Under the pieces are notes generated by a model. It was not told the DNA's origin. It saw only the letters and a program-made list of their open reading frames with translations, and ran no database searches. From assembly GCA_963976765.1 (NCBI GenBank), contig CAXBME010000015.1, forward strand, positions 124,001 to 188,000: 64,000 nucleotides of DNA, in the 5' to 3' direction. The position numbers were made by a program, and so were the translations under genes. Positions 12,037 to 22,990 of the stretch are shown in pieces; position 1 is the first letter of the stretch; every line of letters begins with the position of its first letter. Source of the DNA: an uncultured Planctomycetaceae bacterium. Its GTDB lineage: Bacteria; Planctomycetota; Planctomycetia; Planctomycetales; Planctomycetaceae.

Positions 12037-13800
12037 TCAGTAGCTGGTTGGGAGGAGTTTGAGCGGACGGTCTGCTGCAATCTCCTGAAAGACCTGCATG
12101 AGCTGAGCTTCGTATTCGGCGATCGTGCCACCGCCCGGCACAACAAAATGTTTCCCGCCCGTAATCGTGGCGAGCTCTTCCATCAGGTCTTCGTCAGCTC
12201 CCAGCCCCAGAGCAATCGCCATGATCTTGATCTTTGACGACTTGCAGAGGTTGGCCTGTTGAACTGCCCAGCCCTCCGGGTTATTCGAAGGACGATTGGC
12301 AACGCCGTCAGTCATCAGCACGATGACTCGATAGGCATCTTGTCGACCATTGTTTGCAAGTTCCTCCCGAGCCACTTTCAGTCCGCCGCCGATGTTTGTC
12401 ATGTTGTCGTAGTGAGCCGCCTGGCGGTTTCGGTACAGGGGCTTGATCGAAGCAATGTCGTGCGTCAGGCCACTTTCGAGGTACGCACCGTCTGAACTTG
12501 TGTGGGTGTAGACTGTCAGGCCAACCTGATCGTCCGCTTCGACCTCCGTGATGTAATCACAAAGAACGTCCGACGCATTCTTCGCCGCGGTCAGAGGCTG
12601 AGTCGAGCAGACCGACAGCCCCGGCGTCTGAGAATACAACGGATAAGATTCGTTCCAGTAGTTGATCAGGCATTTCGTGCTGTACTTCGCTCGGTAGGTC
12701 GCCTCGTTGACGTTGCCACTGTCGTTGACGTAGTCGACAAAGCTGGTCCACGATCCAGATGGGTGCGGATAAGTGACGGCGTCGAGTCCAAGATGAGCAA
12801 CAATGTCGGCATCGTCGAATTCGAACCGCTCGCCAGCATTGTCTCCTGAAATCGCGATATTGTTGCCTGACTCGACCCAGACTCGGCGAATCTTATTGTT
12901 GTCGTTAAAGACGCCCGTCGTTCCCGAAAGATCGTCGAAGGTCCGATAGCCTCCGCTGCTGTCTTTAAGAATGACTTTCTTCAGATCAGTCGTCGACGTG
13001 ACTTCGACAGAATTGCGACGATATTCAACAGTGATGTGCGGAATGTTGTTGGCGGCATCTTCCGGTACGCCTTCAACCGTCAGGTAGGTCGGAGCGTAAG
13101 GCATGTTGCCGTACGCGGGCTCGCCGAGCTCTGTCCACATCGTGTCGATCGCGCTGTTGATCCACGTATGTCCGAGTTCATTGCAGTTTTTGAACTCGGT
13201 GTCGTCATTCATCGAGCCAGAGTAATCCAGCACGAGAATCATGTCGCGAGGCTGGTACGTCGCAACCGAACCAACTTTCATGATCACGTTGTCCTGGTCG
13301 ATGGCCGGAGCAAAAAACAATGGCAGTTTTCGGTTTTCGACCTGCCCGGTCACCGGGTTCCAGACATCGTCCAGCCTGCCAGTGACTCGTACAATGTTGT
13401 AAGGCACAGCCTTTGGCCCGAACGAGAACACGAATGCTGAGTTGGCTGCGTTCCAGTCACGTCGACCAAGTTCGATATCGATACTCGGGTCGAGCAGCAG
13501 GCCGGAGTGATTTCCGACAGCATTCAGGCCAGCAACTTCGCTGGCGGCGTTCTTAACATTCGTCTCGACGGCTGTTTGATCGATGTTCGGATTCAACTCC
13601 ATCGCTGCGGCCAGCGTTGCTGCATCGACCGCTGACTGCAATTGCCCCTTGGTGACGGACAGGTAGCCAATGTCGATGCTGAATGCTGCAAAAGCAAAAG
13701 CCATCGTGAGCACGAACGCCGAGAGCAGGATGATGTTCCCGCGCCGGGAACCCGACTTAACGGGGTGTTCTGAGCCGTTGATTTCGATTATCTGCATCAT
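12037..13800 (-). CDS. tadG: TadG-like pilus protein with von Willebrand A domain
   Basis: RRG|NIILLSAF..., IDIGYL...QLQSAVDAATLAAA, and MIDAS residues DYSGSM...TNIGGG...MTDG. Start uncertain (ATG 13800 or 13902). Confidence 0.85.
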   Translation of the reverse strand: MMQIIEINGSEHPVKSGSRRGNIILLSAFVLTMAFAFAAFSIDIGYLSVTKGQLQSAVDAATLAAAMELNPNIDQTAVETNVKNAASEVAGLNAVGNHSGLLLDPSIDIELGRRDWNAANSAFVFSFGPKAVPYNIVRVTGRLDDVWNPVTGQVENRKLPLFFAPAIDQDNVIMKVGSVATYQPRDMILVLDYSGSMNDDTEFKNCNELGHTWINSAIDTMWTELGEPAYGNMPYAPTYLTVEGVPEDAANNIPHITVEYRRNSVEVTSTTDLKKVILKDSSGGYRTFDDLSGTTGVFNDNNKIRRVWVESGNNIAISGDNAGERFEFDDADIVAHLGLDAVTYPHPSGSWTSFVDYVNDSGNVNEATYRAKYSTKCLINYWNESYPLYSQTPGLSVCSTQPLTAAKNASDVLCDYITEVEADDQVGLTVYTHTSSDGAYLESGLTHDIASIKPLYRNRQAAHYDNMTNIGGGLKVAREELANNGRQDAYRVIVLMTDGVANRPSNNPEGWAVQQANLCKSSKIKIMAIALGLGADEDLMEELATITGGKHFVVPGGGTIAEYEAQLMQVFQEIAADRPLKLLPTSY

Positions 13801-13967
13801 CTCAATCCCCTTGCACCGGAAAGGTGACTTCGGTCGTTGTTCGATCACGCGTCCATTGCTGACAGCGGCCCGCTGTTGAGTCGCCTGCTCCGTTTGTTTC
13901 AAAACTCTGATCTGCTACCTTCACCGGCCCGCTTTCGACAGACGTGGCAGGTGAATCAGGAACCGTC

Positions 13968-14306
13968 ATGCCCACCATCTTCACAAAGATCATCAACCGG
14001 GAAATTCCGGCCGACATCGTCTACGAAGACGACAAGGCGCTGGCGTTTCGAGATATCAATTCGCAGGCTCCCACTCACGTGCTCGTCATCCCGAAAAAAG
14101 AGATCGCAGCGTTAAACGAACTCGAAAACGAAGACGCCGAGCTGATGGGGCACCTGTTTGTCGTTGTGCGAAAAGTCGCTGCGGACCTCGGACTTCAAAA
14201 CGGCTACCGCACGGTGATCAACTGCGGAACTGATGGGGGGCAAACGGTGGACCACATTCACATCCACCTGCTTGGGGGCCGAACACTTTCCTGGCCACCG
14301 GGATAG
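13968..14306 (+). CDS. hinT: Histidine triad nucleotide-binding protein
   Basis: [46 protein letters not shown]-terminus. Confidence 0.95.
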   Translation: MPTIFTKIINREIPADIVYEDDKALAFRDINSQAPTHVLVIPKKEIAALNELENEDAELMGHLFVVVRKVAADLGLQNGYRTVINCGTDGGQTVDHIHIHLLGGRTLSWPPG

Positions 14307-14486
14307 CGCAACTCTTTTGCTGACGGCAACTTTCTGAATTCGAAGTAAACGTTCAACAGTTTCGACATTACACCAGCAGCCGCAAATCGTGTTGCCACGC
14401 TGCATCATCGGCGTTGCCTGAAATCATCAGGCAACCTCACCTGGCATGTTGCCATCCTCGAACATCCCCTTCCTGACAATGACGGA

Positions 14487-15515
14487 GTGACTTCAGTGAA
14501 AACCCGCCAACTCGCCGTATCGGCGTCCGTAGTTCTCATGCTGGGAGCGCTGCTCTCGGCAAACTTTCAGAAGCAACCAGCTCCGGCCGCACAGATGGCT
14601 GAAGCCGCCAACGCGTTCACCGCGACGCTGACCGATGCCCAACTCGCCAAAACGTCGTTCGGATTCAGCGACGAAGAACGACTCAACTGGCACTACATCC
14701 CGCGCGAGCGGAAAGGACTGCCAATCCGAGACCTCGAAGGCGAAGCCTTGAAAACCGGACTCGCGCTGCTTCGTTCCGGCTTGTCCGAAGTCGGTTACGA
14801 CCAGGCTCTCAACGTCATGAGCCTCGAAGAGCTGCTCTACCTACTGGAAGGCGGCACGAGGGAAGAACGACGCGACAAGCGTGACCCGAAGAAGTACTAC
14901 ATCAGTATCTTCGGAAAACCGGGCAACAAGGGCTCCTGGGGCTGGCGAGTCGAAGGGCATCATCTTTCACTGAACTACACAATCGTTGACGGCGAACTGG
15001 TTTCAACGACTCCTGAATTCTTCGGAGCCAACCCCGGTTTCGTCGATGCCGGACCGGGCCGCGAGATCCGGGTCCTCGGGCCGGAAGAAGACATCGCGCG
15101 GCAGATCCTGAAGCAGTGCTCGCCGGATCAGGTTAAGAAGTGCTGGATTTCGAAAGACGCTCCGAACGACATTCGCAGCACAGGAACCACGCAGCCAGAC
15201 ACCAGCGCCCCCGTCGGATTGGCTCTGAAAGAAATGTCTACCGACCAGAAGAAGCTGATGGCTGACCTGCTCACCGAATACCTGCAGAACATGCCGGCGG
15301 ACGTCGCCGTAGAACGTCGCCAGCAGATCAACGATGGCGGCAAAGACAACATTCACTTTGCCTGGTGGGGCGACAGCGAACGAAACGCTCGCCACGCTTA
15401 CCGAGTTCAGGGGCCGACGTTCCTGATCGAGTACAACAACACGCAGAACAGCGCCAACCACGTTCACGCTATCTGGCGAAACATCGACGGCGACTTCAAC
15501 CTGCCCGCGAAATAG
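14487..15515 (+). CDS. DUF3500-family secreted protein
   Basis: Signal peptide plus family motifs RLNWHYIP, WGWRVEGHHLSLN, FFGANP, YRVQGPTFLIEYNNTQ...NHVHAIWR...GDF. Confidence 0.85.
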   Translation: MTSVKTRQLAVSASVVLMLGALLSANFQKQPAPAAQMAEAANAFTATLTDAQLAKTSFGFSDEERLNWHYIPRERKGLPIRDLEGEALKTGLALLRSGLSEVGYDQALNVMSLEELLYLLEGGTREERRDKRDPKKYYISIFGKPGNKGSWGWRVEGHHLSLNYTIVDGELVSTTPEFFGANPGFVDAGPGREIRVLGPEEDIARQILKQCSPDQVKKCWISKDAPNDIRSTGTTQPDTSAPVGLALKEMSTDQKKLMADLLTEYLQNMPADVAVERRQQINDGGKDNIHFAWWGDSERNARHAYRVQGPTFLIEYNNTQNSANHVHAIWRNIDGDFNLPAK

Positions 15516-15540
15516 TCGATTTTTCGGCGTCTGCATTTCA

Positions 15541-15625
15541 GAACGCAGAGGGCGTAAAAGCTTTCGCAGAGAAAAAAGGAGAACGATCTCCCCACCTCTG
15601 CGAGCCCTTTGCATCCTCTGCGTTC
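15541..15625. repeat. CGCAGAG/CTCTGCG intergenic inverted-repeat element
   Basis: GAACGCAGAGG...CGCAGAG...CTCTGCG...CCTCTGCGTTC. A similar element lies at 16856-16934. Confidence 0.6.
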
Positions 15626-15744
15626 ATTTTCATTGAGTTGGCAGTGCGGACACTCCGACCGCCATCACGAGGCGCTGGTGGACGGCCGCCTCTCTGACCC
15701 CGTGCTGACGGCCTGCCACGCAGCGATCTTCGCGAACGATTTGC

Positions 15745-16827
<1,083 letters not shown>

Positions 16828-16855
16828 CAGCGCCGACGGAACATCAAAGAGAAAA

Positions 16856-16934
16856 TCGCAGAGGTCGCGAGGTGTAACGCTGAAGAACGCCGAGTTCTGC
16901 AGTTTCGCTGCGTCATCCTCTGCTAACTCTGCGA
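16856..16934. repeat. CGCAGAG/CTCTGCG intergenic inverted-repeat element
   Basis: TCGCAGAG...CTCTGCGA between the convergent FGE and hss genes. Confidence 0.5.
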
Positions 16935-16954
16935 ATCAAAATTTGACACGAAGT

Positions 16955-18385
16955 TTACTGAACGAGGAACGTTTCAAACTGCCAGAGGTCGTCCCAGTCG
17001 TCGACTGAATCTTCGGGAACGGGTCGCCAGTCTGAAGGTTGTGAGACGACTGGTCCCAGGTAGGGCCGGGCAACTTTCATGATCTCGTCGTGCGGCAGAT
17101 GGTCGGGCAGGTTCACACCTTCATTGGGGTTTCGGATCATCCAGGACACGCAGCCCAGGACCGAGCACGCGACCTGCAACGTTGTCGGATTCTGCCCTCC
17201 AACGAGCTCGCGAGTTTCTTCGATGTCGAGCAGGCTGCCACACCACCACGCTCCGTAGTCATGCCCCAGCAGCAGGCACCCGAGTTCATCGCGACCGGAG
17301 ATAATCTCGTCGGTCATGATCCGATGCTTTTTCTGCAGCTTCAGATCTCTCATGTTCAATTCGTGGAGCGAAGCAATGGCCGCGTTGGTCGGACAGTAAG
17401 CGTAGTGAACCGTCGGACGATAAAGCACCGCGCCATCGTCGTCATGAACTGTCAGGTAGTCCGAGATGCTGAAGGCTTCTCCGTGACGGATCACCATGCC
17501 AATAATCTGACCGCAGGGAACCCATGACTTGACCCAGGTATTCATGCCTCGGCTGTCGAGGAAGATCTGATTCTTTGGTCCGGCGTCGTGCGTGTTGGCG
17601 CCCGGAGGAAGGCGTTTCTCGTGAGTGCCCCATCCCATCTCAGCCGGAGCGATGCCTTCTTCGTAGAAGCCTTCGACGCTCCACGTGTTGACGAACTCGT
17701 TGACGCGTTTAGGCTCTGACGCAATCTGAGTGTCCCGCTCACTGATATGAATCGTGCGAACGCCCGTCAGCATGGCCAACTCGTTGAATTCACCGGTTTC
17801 CATTGCCGCTTCGAGTTTCAGCACGCGATCGTCGTCCGGCTTTTCGTCGATGATTTTCTGTGCGATGTCCAGCAGTGCCATCTTCGTAAAATGGGAAACC
17901 AGTCCGGGATTGGCTCCATGATCGATGACAGCGGTCGGGCCTTTGCGATTGTCCCAGCTGGCGATCAGTTTTCGAAGATTCATCTGACGGCGATAGAGCG
18001 TGAAATCGGCTCCGGACTTTTCGTAGGGGTCCCATTCTTCGACGGATGTGTTGACGTATCGAACTCCGCGATGATGGCACCAGTCCAGCATTGTCAGCGT
18101 GTCGACGTTCCAGGACAGATCGATAAACAGGTCGCCGTCGTCCAGCAGTTCGCTCAACACTTCGTCGTAGTTTTCCGGAGTGACCCTGCCGATGCGGTAT
18201 TTGACTCCAGCCGTGATCGCTTCAGAAATTGTCTCACGGTTATCAACCATGTCCATCACGGTAATGCGATTGGCCGGGCAGTTGATGTGTCGCAGGATTA
18301 GAGGCACGGTGCACTGTGAGACGCTGCCGCAACCAAGAACAAGGATTCGACCATCAAAGTCGATTGCGTTTTGAGGCATGATCAT
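16955..18385 (-). CDS. hss: Homospermidine synthase
   Basis: LGCGSV NAD motif, HGANPGLVSHF, IHISERDTQ, FVNTWSVEGFYEEG, AEMGWGTHE, HGEAFSI, YRPTVHYAYCP, TTLQV, WQF. Confidence 0.95.
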   Translation of the reverse strand: MIMPQNAIDFDGRILVLGCGSVSQCTVPLILRHINCPANRITVMDMVDNRETISEAITAGVKYRIGRVTPENYDEVLSELLDDGDLFIDLSWNVDTLTMLDWCHHRGVRYVNTSVEEWDPYEKSGADFTLYRRQMNLRKLIASWDNRKGPTAVIDHGANPGLVSHFTKMALLDIAQKIIDEKPDDDRVLKLEAAMETGEFNELAMLTGVRTIHISERDTQIASEPKRVNEFVNTWSVEGFYEEGIAPAEMGWGTHEKRLPPGANTHDAGPKNQIFLDSRGMNTWVKSWVPCGQIIGMVIRHGEAFSISDYLTVHDDDGAVLYRPTVHYAYCPTNAAIASLHELNMRDLKLQKKHRIMTDEIISGRDELGCLLLGHDYGAWWCGSLLDIEETRELVGGQNPTTLQVACSVLGCVSWMIRNPNEGVNLPDHLPHDEIMKVARPYLGPVVSQPSDWRPVPEDSVDDWDDLWQFETFLVQ

Positions 18386-18558
18386 GATTCAAATTCTTCC
18401 GCTTTCGTGTTGCCGACGCGGGCTTGCGCGCCGAGGTCTCCTGAGTTTCATGGAAATGGAATGCGAGCTCCCAGGTCTCGCAGTTGAGGGTGGAACAGCG
18501 TCCGGCATCAACAGGCCGGGTGCGTATCGATACACGCACCCGGCCTCTCAAGCGATTA

Positions 18559-19749
18559 TTAATCGATTTCGACGACGCGAGCGATGTCCAGACCGTTAAA
18601 GCCAGACGCACTGGCGGAAGTATAGGCTCCCATGGTTGGAACCAGCAGCAGTTCGCCGACTTCCAGTTCCGGGAGTTCCTGGTCGGTCGAAACGACGTCG
18701 TGCGAATCGCAGGTTGGGCCGGCAACGATACAGGCCGAGCGGGGACGCACATCGGCAGCTTCGGCAATCAGTTCGAAATCGGAGTAGTCAAACAGTTTGC
18801 CAGAGAACGACCCGTAGATCCCTTCGTCAAGAAAATACCAGGGCAACCCGCCTCGAACCGACTTACCGACGACACGAGTGATCAGTGTGGCGGCTTCGGC
18901 ACACATTCCACGGCCAGGCTCGGCGATGATCCGAATCGGCAGGTCGCCGAACGTGGCATCCAGTGCCGCTGACAGATGACGGCAGTAATCGGACAGCGAC
19001 ATTACGCCGGTGCGGTACGGAGCGGGGAATCCGCCGCCGATATCGAGGACTTCCAGCGGTGCTCCTGCAGCCACACATTGATCCCACGCCAGACGGGCTC
19101 GGGTCAGCATCGTGCGGAAGTCTTCCGGATTCAGGCACTGCGATCCAACATGGAACGAAAGGCAGCGAACATTCAAGCCTTTGCGACCGGCTTCAGCAGC
19201 CAGAGCCGAAGCGTCGACCGGATCGCAGCCAAATTTTGCCGACAGGTTGATGAGGCTTGATGTCGACGCCGCAGCCAGCCGCAGGATCACGTTGACGTCC
19301 GGCGTGTAGCGAACCAGCTTGTCGATTTCACCTGAGCAGTCGACGGTGAACCATCGCACGCCTTCGTTGTAACAATCCATCAGATTCTGAATCGTCTTGC
19401 ACGGGTGTGTGTGGATCATCTGGTCCGGGCTGAAACCGGCCAGCAACGCCGATTGCAACTCTCGGTACGAGCAGACGTCGACGGACGAGCCAGCCTGAAA
19501 CAACGGACGCAGGATGCTGACGTCGGAGTTTGCCTTCGCGGCGTAGAACATTTCGACATTCGGCAGTTCGGCTTTCATCGTCTGATAAGTATTCGTAAGC
19601 GTCGACTTTGAAATGACGATCGTCGGTGTTCCGTATTGTCGAGAAAGCTCGCGAGCCTGATCGAACGACAGCACGGGTTTCGAAAACCGTACCGAGTGAT
19701 CAGCGACGGTACGGACTGGAAGCACAGCGGAAGTTGCGGAAGAATTCAT
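18559..19749 (-). CDS. Fold-type III PLP-dependent ornithine (or lysine) decarboxylase
   Basis: YAAKAN (PLP lysine), KFG, FHVGSQ, LDIGGGFP, AEPGR, GPTCDSHD, MGAYT. Directly upstream of hss. Start placed at MNSSAT (ATG 19749). Confidence 0.92.
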   Translation of the reverse strand: MNSSATSAVLPVRTVADHSVRFSKPVLSFDQARELSRQYGTPTIVISKSTLTNTYQTMKAELPNVEMFYAAKANSDVSILRPLFQAGSSVDVCSYRELQSALLAGFSPDQMIHTHPCKTIQNLMDCYNEGVRWFTVDCSGEIDKLVRYTPDVNVILRLAAASTSSLINLSAKFGCDPVDASALAAEAGRKGLNVRCLSFHVGSQCLNPEDFRTMLTRARLAWDQCVAAGAPLEVLDIGGGFPAPYRTGVMSLSDYCRHLSAALDATFGDLPIRIIAEPGRGMCAEAATLITRVVGKSVRGGLPWYFLDEGIYGSFSGKLFDYSDFELIAEAADVRPRSACIVAGPTCDSHDVVSTDQELPELEVGELLLVPTMGAYTSASASGFNGLDIARVVEID

Positions 19750-20382
19750 AGCCTGCCCCTGATTGTGAGGAGGAGATTGTTGACGGAGAAGAAGCGGAAT
19801 CGTCTTTGGAGCTGACTGAAAATCCGGACGACGAGAGTCAAATTGCAAGACTGTGACTCGACGGACCGGTAGCTCAGGTCAGTTTCAAACAGCAGCCGTA
19901 AAGCAAATCGCTGCTGCCAGACCAGCACTCTTCCCACAATTCAGGATGAGTGAACTCTGGCGTCGCCGACTTGTGCAGACCGCGACCGCAGCTGAAGCAG
20001 TTAACTTGAATCACGCAGCGAGCATGCAGCAGGCCCACATTACGAAGCTGAGCTGCAGGGATGCCGTCGGAATTACTCTGCCGACTCAGCAGCGAGGTAT
20101 CATCGCTGAAGAAACGCAGGTCTCAGTCTGGAACGGACGATCCGAGGCAACTGAAGTCGGCAGCGGAGCCGACCTAAGCAACTGCTGAAATCGCCGGTCT
20201 TTCTCAAACCGAGCAACGATGACAGTGTCAGCACGAGCGTCCGGGAAGCGATTCCGGATCTGGAAGTCGAGCGAGCAATCAGTCGTTTCATCAGGCCGAG
20301 CGGCAACTGAACGACGGGCAAGCCGACGAGGCGCGACGCAGTACGGGCAGAATCTGCCTCAGCGGTCGCTGACCAATCTGGG

Positions 20383-20436
20383 CTAGAGCTGCCCGCTGGC
20401 CGAATTAAGGAGAAATGGTTTTTCTTCACGGAACAT
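20383..20436 (-). CDS. Candidate 17-aa leader peptide MFREEKPFLLNSASGQL
   Basis: GGAGG-TTTT-ATG...TAG on the minus strand, 630-690 nt upstream of the decarboxylase start. Confidence 0.25.
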   Translation of the reverse strand: MFREEKPFLLNSASGQL

Positions 20437-20780
20437 AAAACCTCCAGGGGTCTATGCTCAAAATTCGCTCTGACTGTCCCGCGGGACCTTCCAGACAACA
20501 CAGTCTGGCAAAGCGAAAAAACCGCAGCCTGTTTCCAAGGCGGCGAAGTCTACGGATCCGCCGTCACACATTCCACACCAAAAGGGGGAGCCAATCTGAG
20601 AATCTCCCAAAGAGTTGAAACTACCGTTTGTTTCGGTTGAAGCTGAGTCCAGCTTCAACCGAACCTGCAAAATTTGAAGTATCGACAATGGTTGATTCGA
20701 TTTCCTCTCAGCGTTCGAATCCATAGGCTTCCCGATCGACACCTTATCAACCCACCACTTTGCTCTCAGGAGTACGCCCC

Positions 20781-21728
20781 ATGAAATGCCTGCTTCGAAT
20801 TCCTCGATCCTTCCTCCGAATTGCGTTGCTCGTGTCCGGAGCCTGTTTACTCGCCATCCCGTCTGCTCAGGCCGCCGTCGAGCTGAAGAAAGACGATAGC
20901 TCGAAAACAGTCGCCATCATTATCAATGGGCGGGACTTCTCCACTTACAACTTCGCCGATACTCAGCCCAAGCCGTACATGTGGCCGGTGAGAGGCGGTG
21001 ACGGCACGGTCATCACTCGGCCGATCATCACCGACCGTTCGCAGGGTGACCATCCTCACCACAAGGGAGTGTGGGTTGCGGTGGACGAAGTGGGCGGCGT
21101 CAAGTTCTGGGCAGAGGAAGGCAGGATCGCAAACCGCGGCGTCGAGGTTACAGTCGCGGCAGGCAACCCGGCGAAAATGAAAGTCACCAACGACTGGCTT
21201 GATCCGGAAGGCAAAGCCGTCGTGCGGGAAACCACAACGATCAGCATCTGGGAGAACGGCTTGCTTGGTTACGACATCGCCTTCACCGCGTCGGGCGAAG
21301 AACCGGTCGAGTTCGGCGACACCAAGGAAGGTCTGTTCGGCTTTCGGATGGCTGAGTCCATGAAGGAAAAAGAAGGCGGCCGAGTCGTTAACGCCGAAGG
21401 CGCGAAAGGGACAGTCGACTGCTGGGGCAAGCCGACTGGCTGGATCGACTACAGCGGCGAAGTCGATGGCAGGACATTTGGAGTAGCCTTGTTCGATCAC
21501 CCGCTCAACTTCCGACCGTCACGTTACCACGTGAGAAACTACGGACTGTTTTCGATCAGTCCGTTTGGCGAGAGCGCTTACACGAATAAAAAACGTCCCG
21601 CGCAACCCTACTTCCTGTTCCCTGGTAAGGAACTGCGTCTGCGGTACGCATTGTTCGTTCATGACGGCGATACCGCGTCTGCGAACGTAGGCAAGGTGTA
21701 CCTCGATTACCTCGCATCCGGGATGTAA
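20781..21728 (+). CDS. Secreted DUF6807 ('PmoA-family', not methane monooxygenase) protein
   Basis: Signal peptide ending AQA, KPYMWPV, DHPHHKGVW, FGDTKEGLFGFR, WIDYSG, DHPLN, HVRNYGLF. Confidence 0.8.
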   Translation: MKCLLRIPRSFLRIALLVSGACLLAIPSAQAAVELKKDDSSKTVAIIINGRDFSTYNFADTQPKPYMWPVRGGDGTVITRPIITDRSQGDHPHHKGVWVAVDEVGGVKFWAEEGRIANRGVEVTVAAGNPAKMKVTNDWLDPEGKAVVRETTTISIWENGLLGYDIAFTASGEEPVEFGDTKEGLFGFRMAESMKEKEGGRVVNAEGAKGTVDCWGKPTGWIDYSGEVDGRTFGVALFDHPLNFRPSRYHVRNYGLFSISPFGESAYTNKKRPAQPYFLFPGKELRLRYALFVHDGDTASANVGKVYLDYLASGM

Positions 21729-21751
21729 CAGTTCGGTAGTTTAAACCTGGC

Positions 21752-21791
21752 AAAACCCGGCTGAATGACTTCAGTCGGGTTTTGTTTTTTT
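21752..21791 (+). terminator. Intrinsic terminator
   Basis: AAAACCCGGCTGAA-TGAC-TTCAGTCGGGTTTT followed by GTTTTTT. Confidence 0.85.
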
Positions 21792-22186
21792 GCCCAGCTG
21801 AAGTGAAATTGTCGGCGGAGTGACGGCTCACCTGACTGACCGTTACTGCTTCTCGCGACCGAAGACCGCGAATCGGCCATACGTGACATATCCGTTCGCA
21901 GTGTCACGAAACGCGGCGCATGAACGAGCGGCGCCTGAGGTCCGACCGGGACTAACACGCATCGCCGGTACGGCAGGTGCAATGGTGAGTGCCTGGGGAT
22001 TAACCAGACATTTTCCGGGTGATTGCCAGCGCGTTTTGCGAACCAGGGTCGATACTTGGGGTGCAACACGGTACGCACCACCGAGCCCCTTCAACTGCTC
22101 GCCACACTTGGCGCCAGCTCAATCGCTCCGGCTCGCGTATCCAGACAGACACCGCCACTTTGAATCGCCCCTCTGGAGTCGTCACA

Positions 22187-22675
22187 TTGAGCCACTCTCA
22201 TCTCGTCGTACAGCACCTCATGAAGCAGATGGAATCCTGGCAACCCGGCCAGAACCGTCGGGACTCACGTCCGGAATGGTTGACCGGGTTGATCGAGGAA
22301 CTCGCAGACATCTTTGAACCACTCACTGGTATCGCCCGCGTCGGTTTCGATAGCCGCCTGGAAGAAGAATCATGGGTCGTGCGGATGTATCTGGGAGCGA
22401 CTGAGATCGTCGGTGGGCCCCGCGACGGCCAGACTCAGTCGATGCCGTTCGAGCTGGACCTGCAACGCCTGGTCGCTCGGTTCAAGAATGTCGACGAATT
22501 CTTCTGGAGTGTCTTCCCCGAATCCGCTGCCGACGTCGACGAAGCACAGGCCTACATCACGATCAGTGGTAAGGTCGATGACCACCCGGTGCGGTTCCAC
22601 ATGTTCGCCGTGCCTCCGGAAGACGTCGGGCCCGGGATGCGAGTCTATCCTGACGGACGTTTCGATCCGGTTTAA
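22187..22675 (+). CDS. Hypothetical protein
   Basis: GGAG upstream of TTG 22187. Globular composition (ARVGFDSRL...YLGATEIVGGPRDG). Start uncertain. Confidence 0.7.
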   Translation: MSHSHLVVQHLMKQMESWQPGQNRRDSRPEWLTGLIEELADIFEPLTGIARVGFDSRLEEESWVVRMYLGATEIVGGPRDGQTQSMPFELDLQRLVARFKNVDEFFWSVFPESAADVDEAQAYITISGKVDDHPVRFHMFAVPPEDVGPGMRVYPDGRFDPV

Positions 22676-22881
22676 CCAGCACGTCTCGCGCTGATTGCTT
22701 CTTGTTTTGCGCCGCGTGCCAGACGTTGAATCTCCTTCCGAATCGCTTCGTCCCGATCCGGTAAATTGTTGCGGGCTGTCCACCGCAGCAGTTGTGGCGT
22801 CCAATCAGGCGGTTGAGATATGAAAAGTTGCTGACTTATTTGCTGACAGGAAGCGCGTCTCCAGTGCTTCACTTCTCAGAG

Positions 22882-22908
22882 AAAGCCCGCCAATTTGGCG
22901 GGCTTTTT
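22882..22908 (+). terminator. Intrinsic terminator
   Basis: AAAGCCCGCCA-ATT-TGGCGGGCTTTTT. Confidence 0.75.
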
Positions 22909-22990
22909 CTGTTTCTACACGCAACCTGCTGTGTCAACTGACGGTTCTGCGGTGATAGACTTCACGTCGATCATCAAAGGAACCAACGAG

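Noticed and set aside
20406..20437. Plus-strand mini-ORF MVFLHGT after AAGGAG
   Set aside because: The SD-ATG spacing is only 2 nt and the ORF is 7 codons, so it is likely chance.
20781..21728. Methane monooxygenase PmoA
   Set aside because: This is a soluble secreted protein of a misleadingly named family. It has no TM helices and no pmoB or pmoC nearby.
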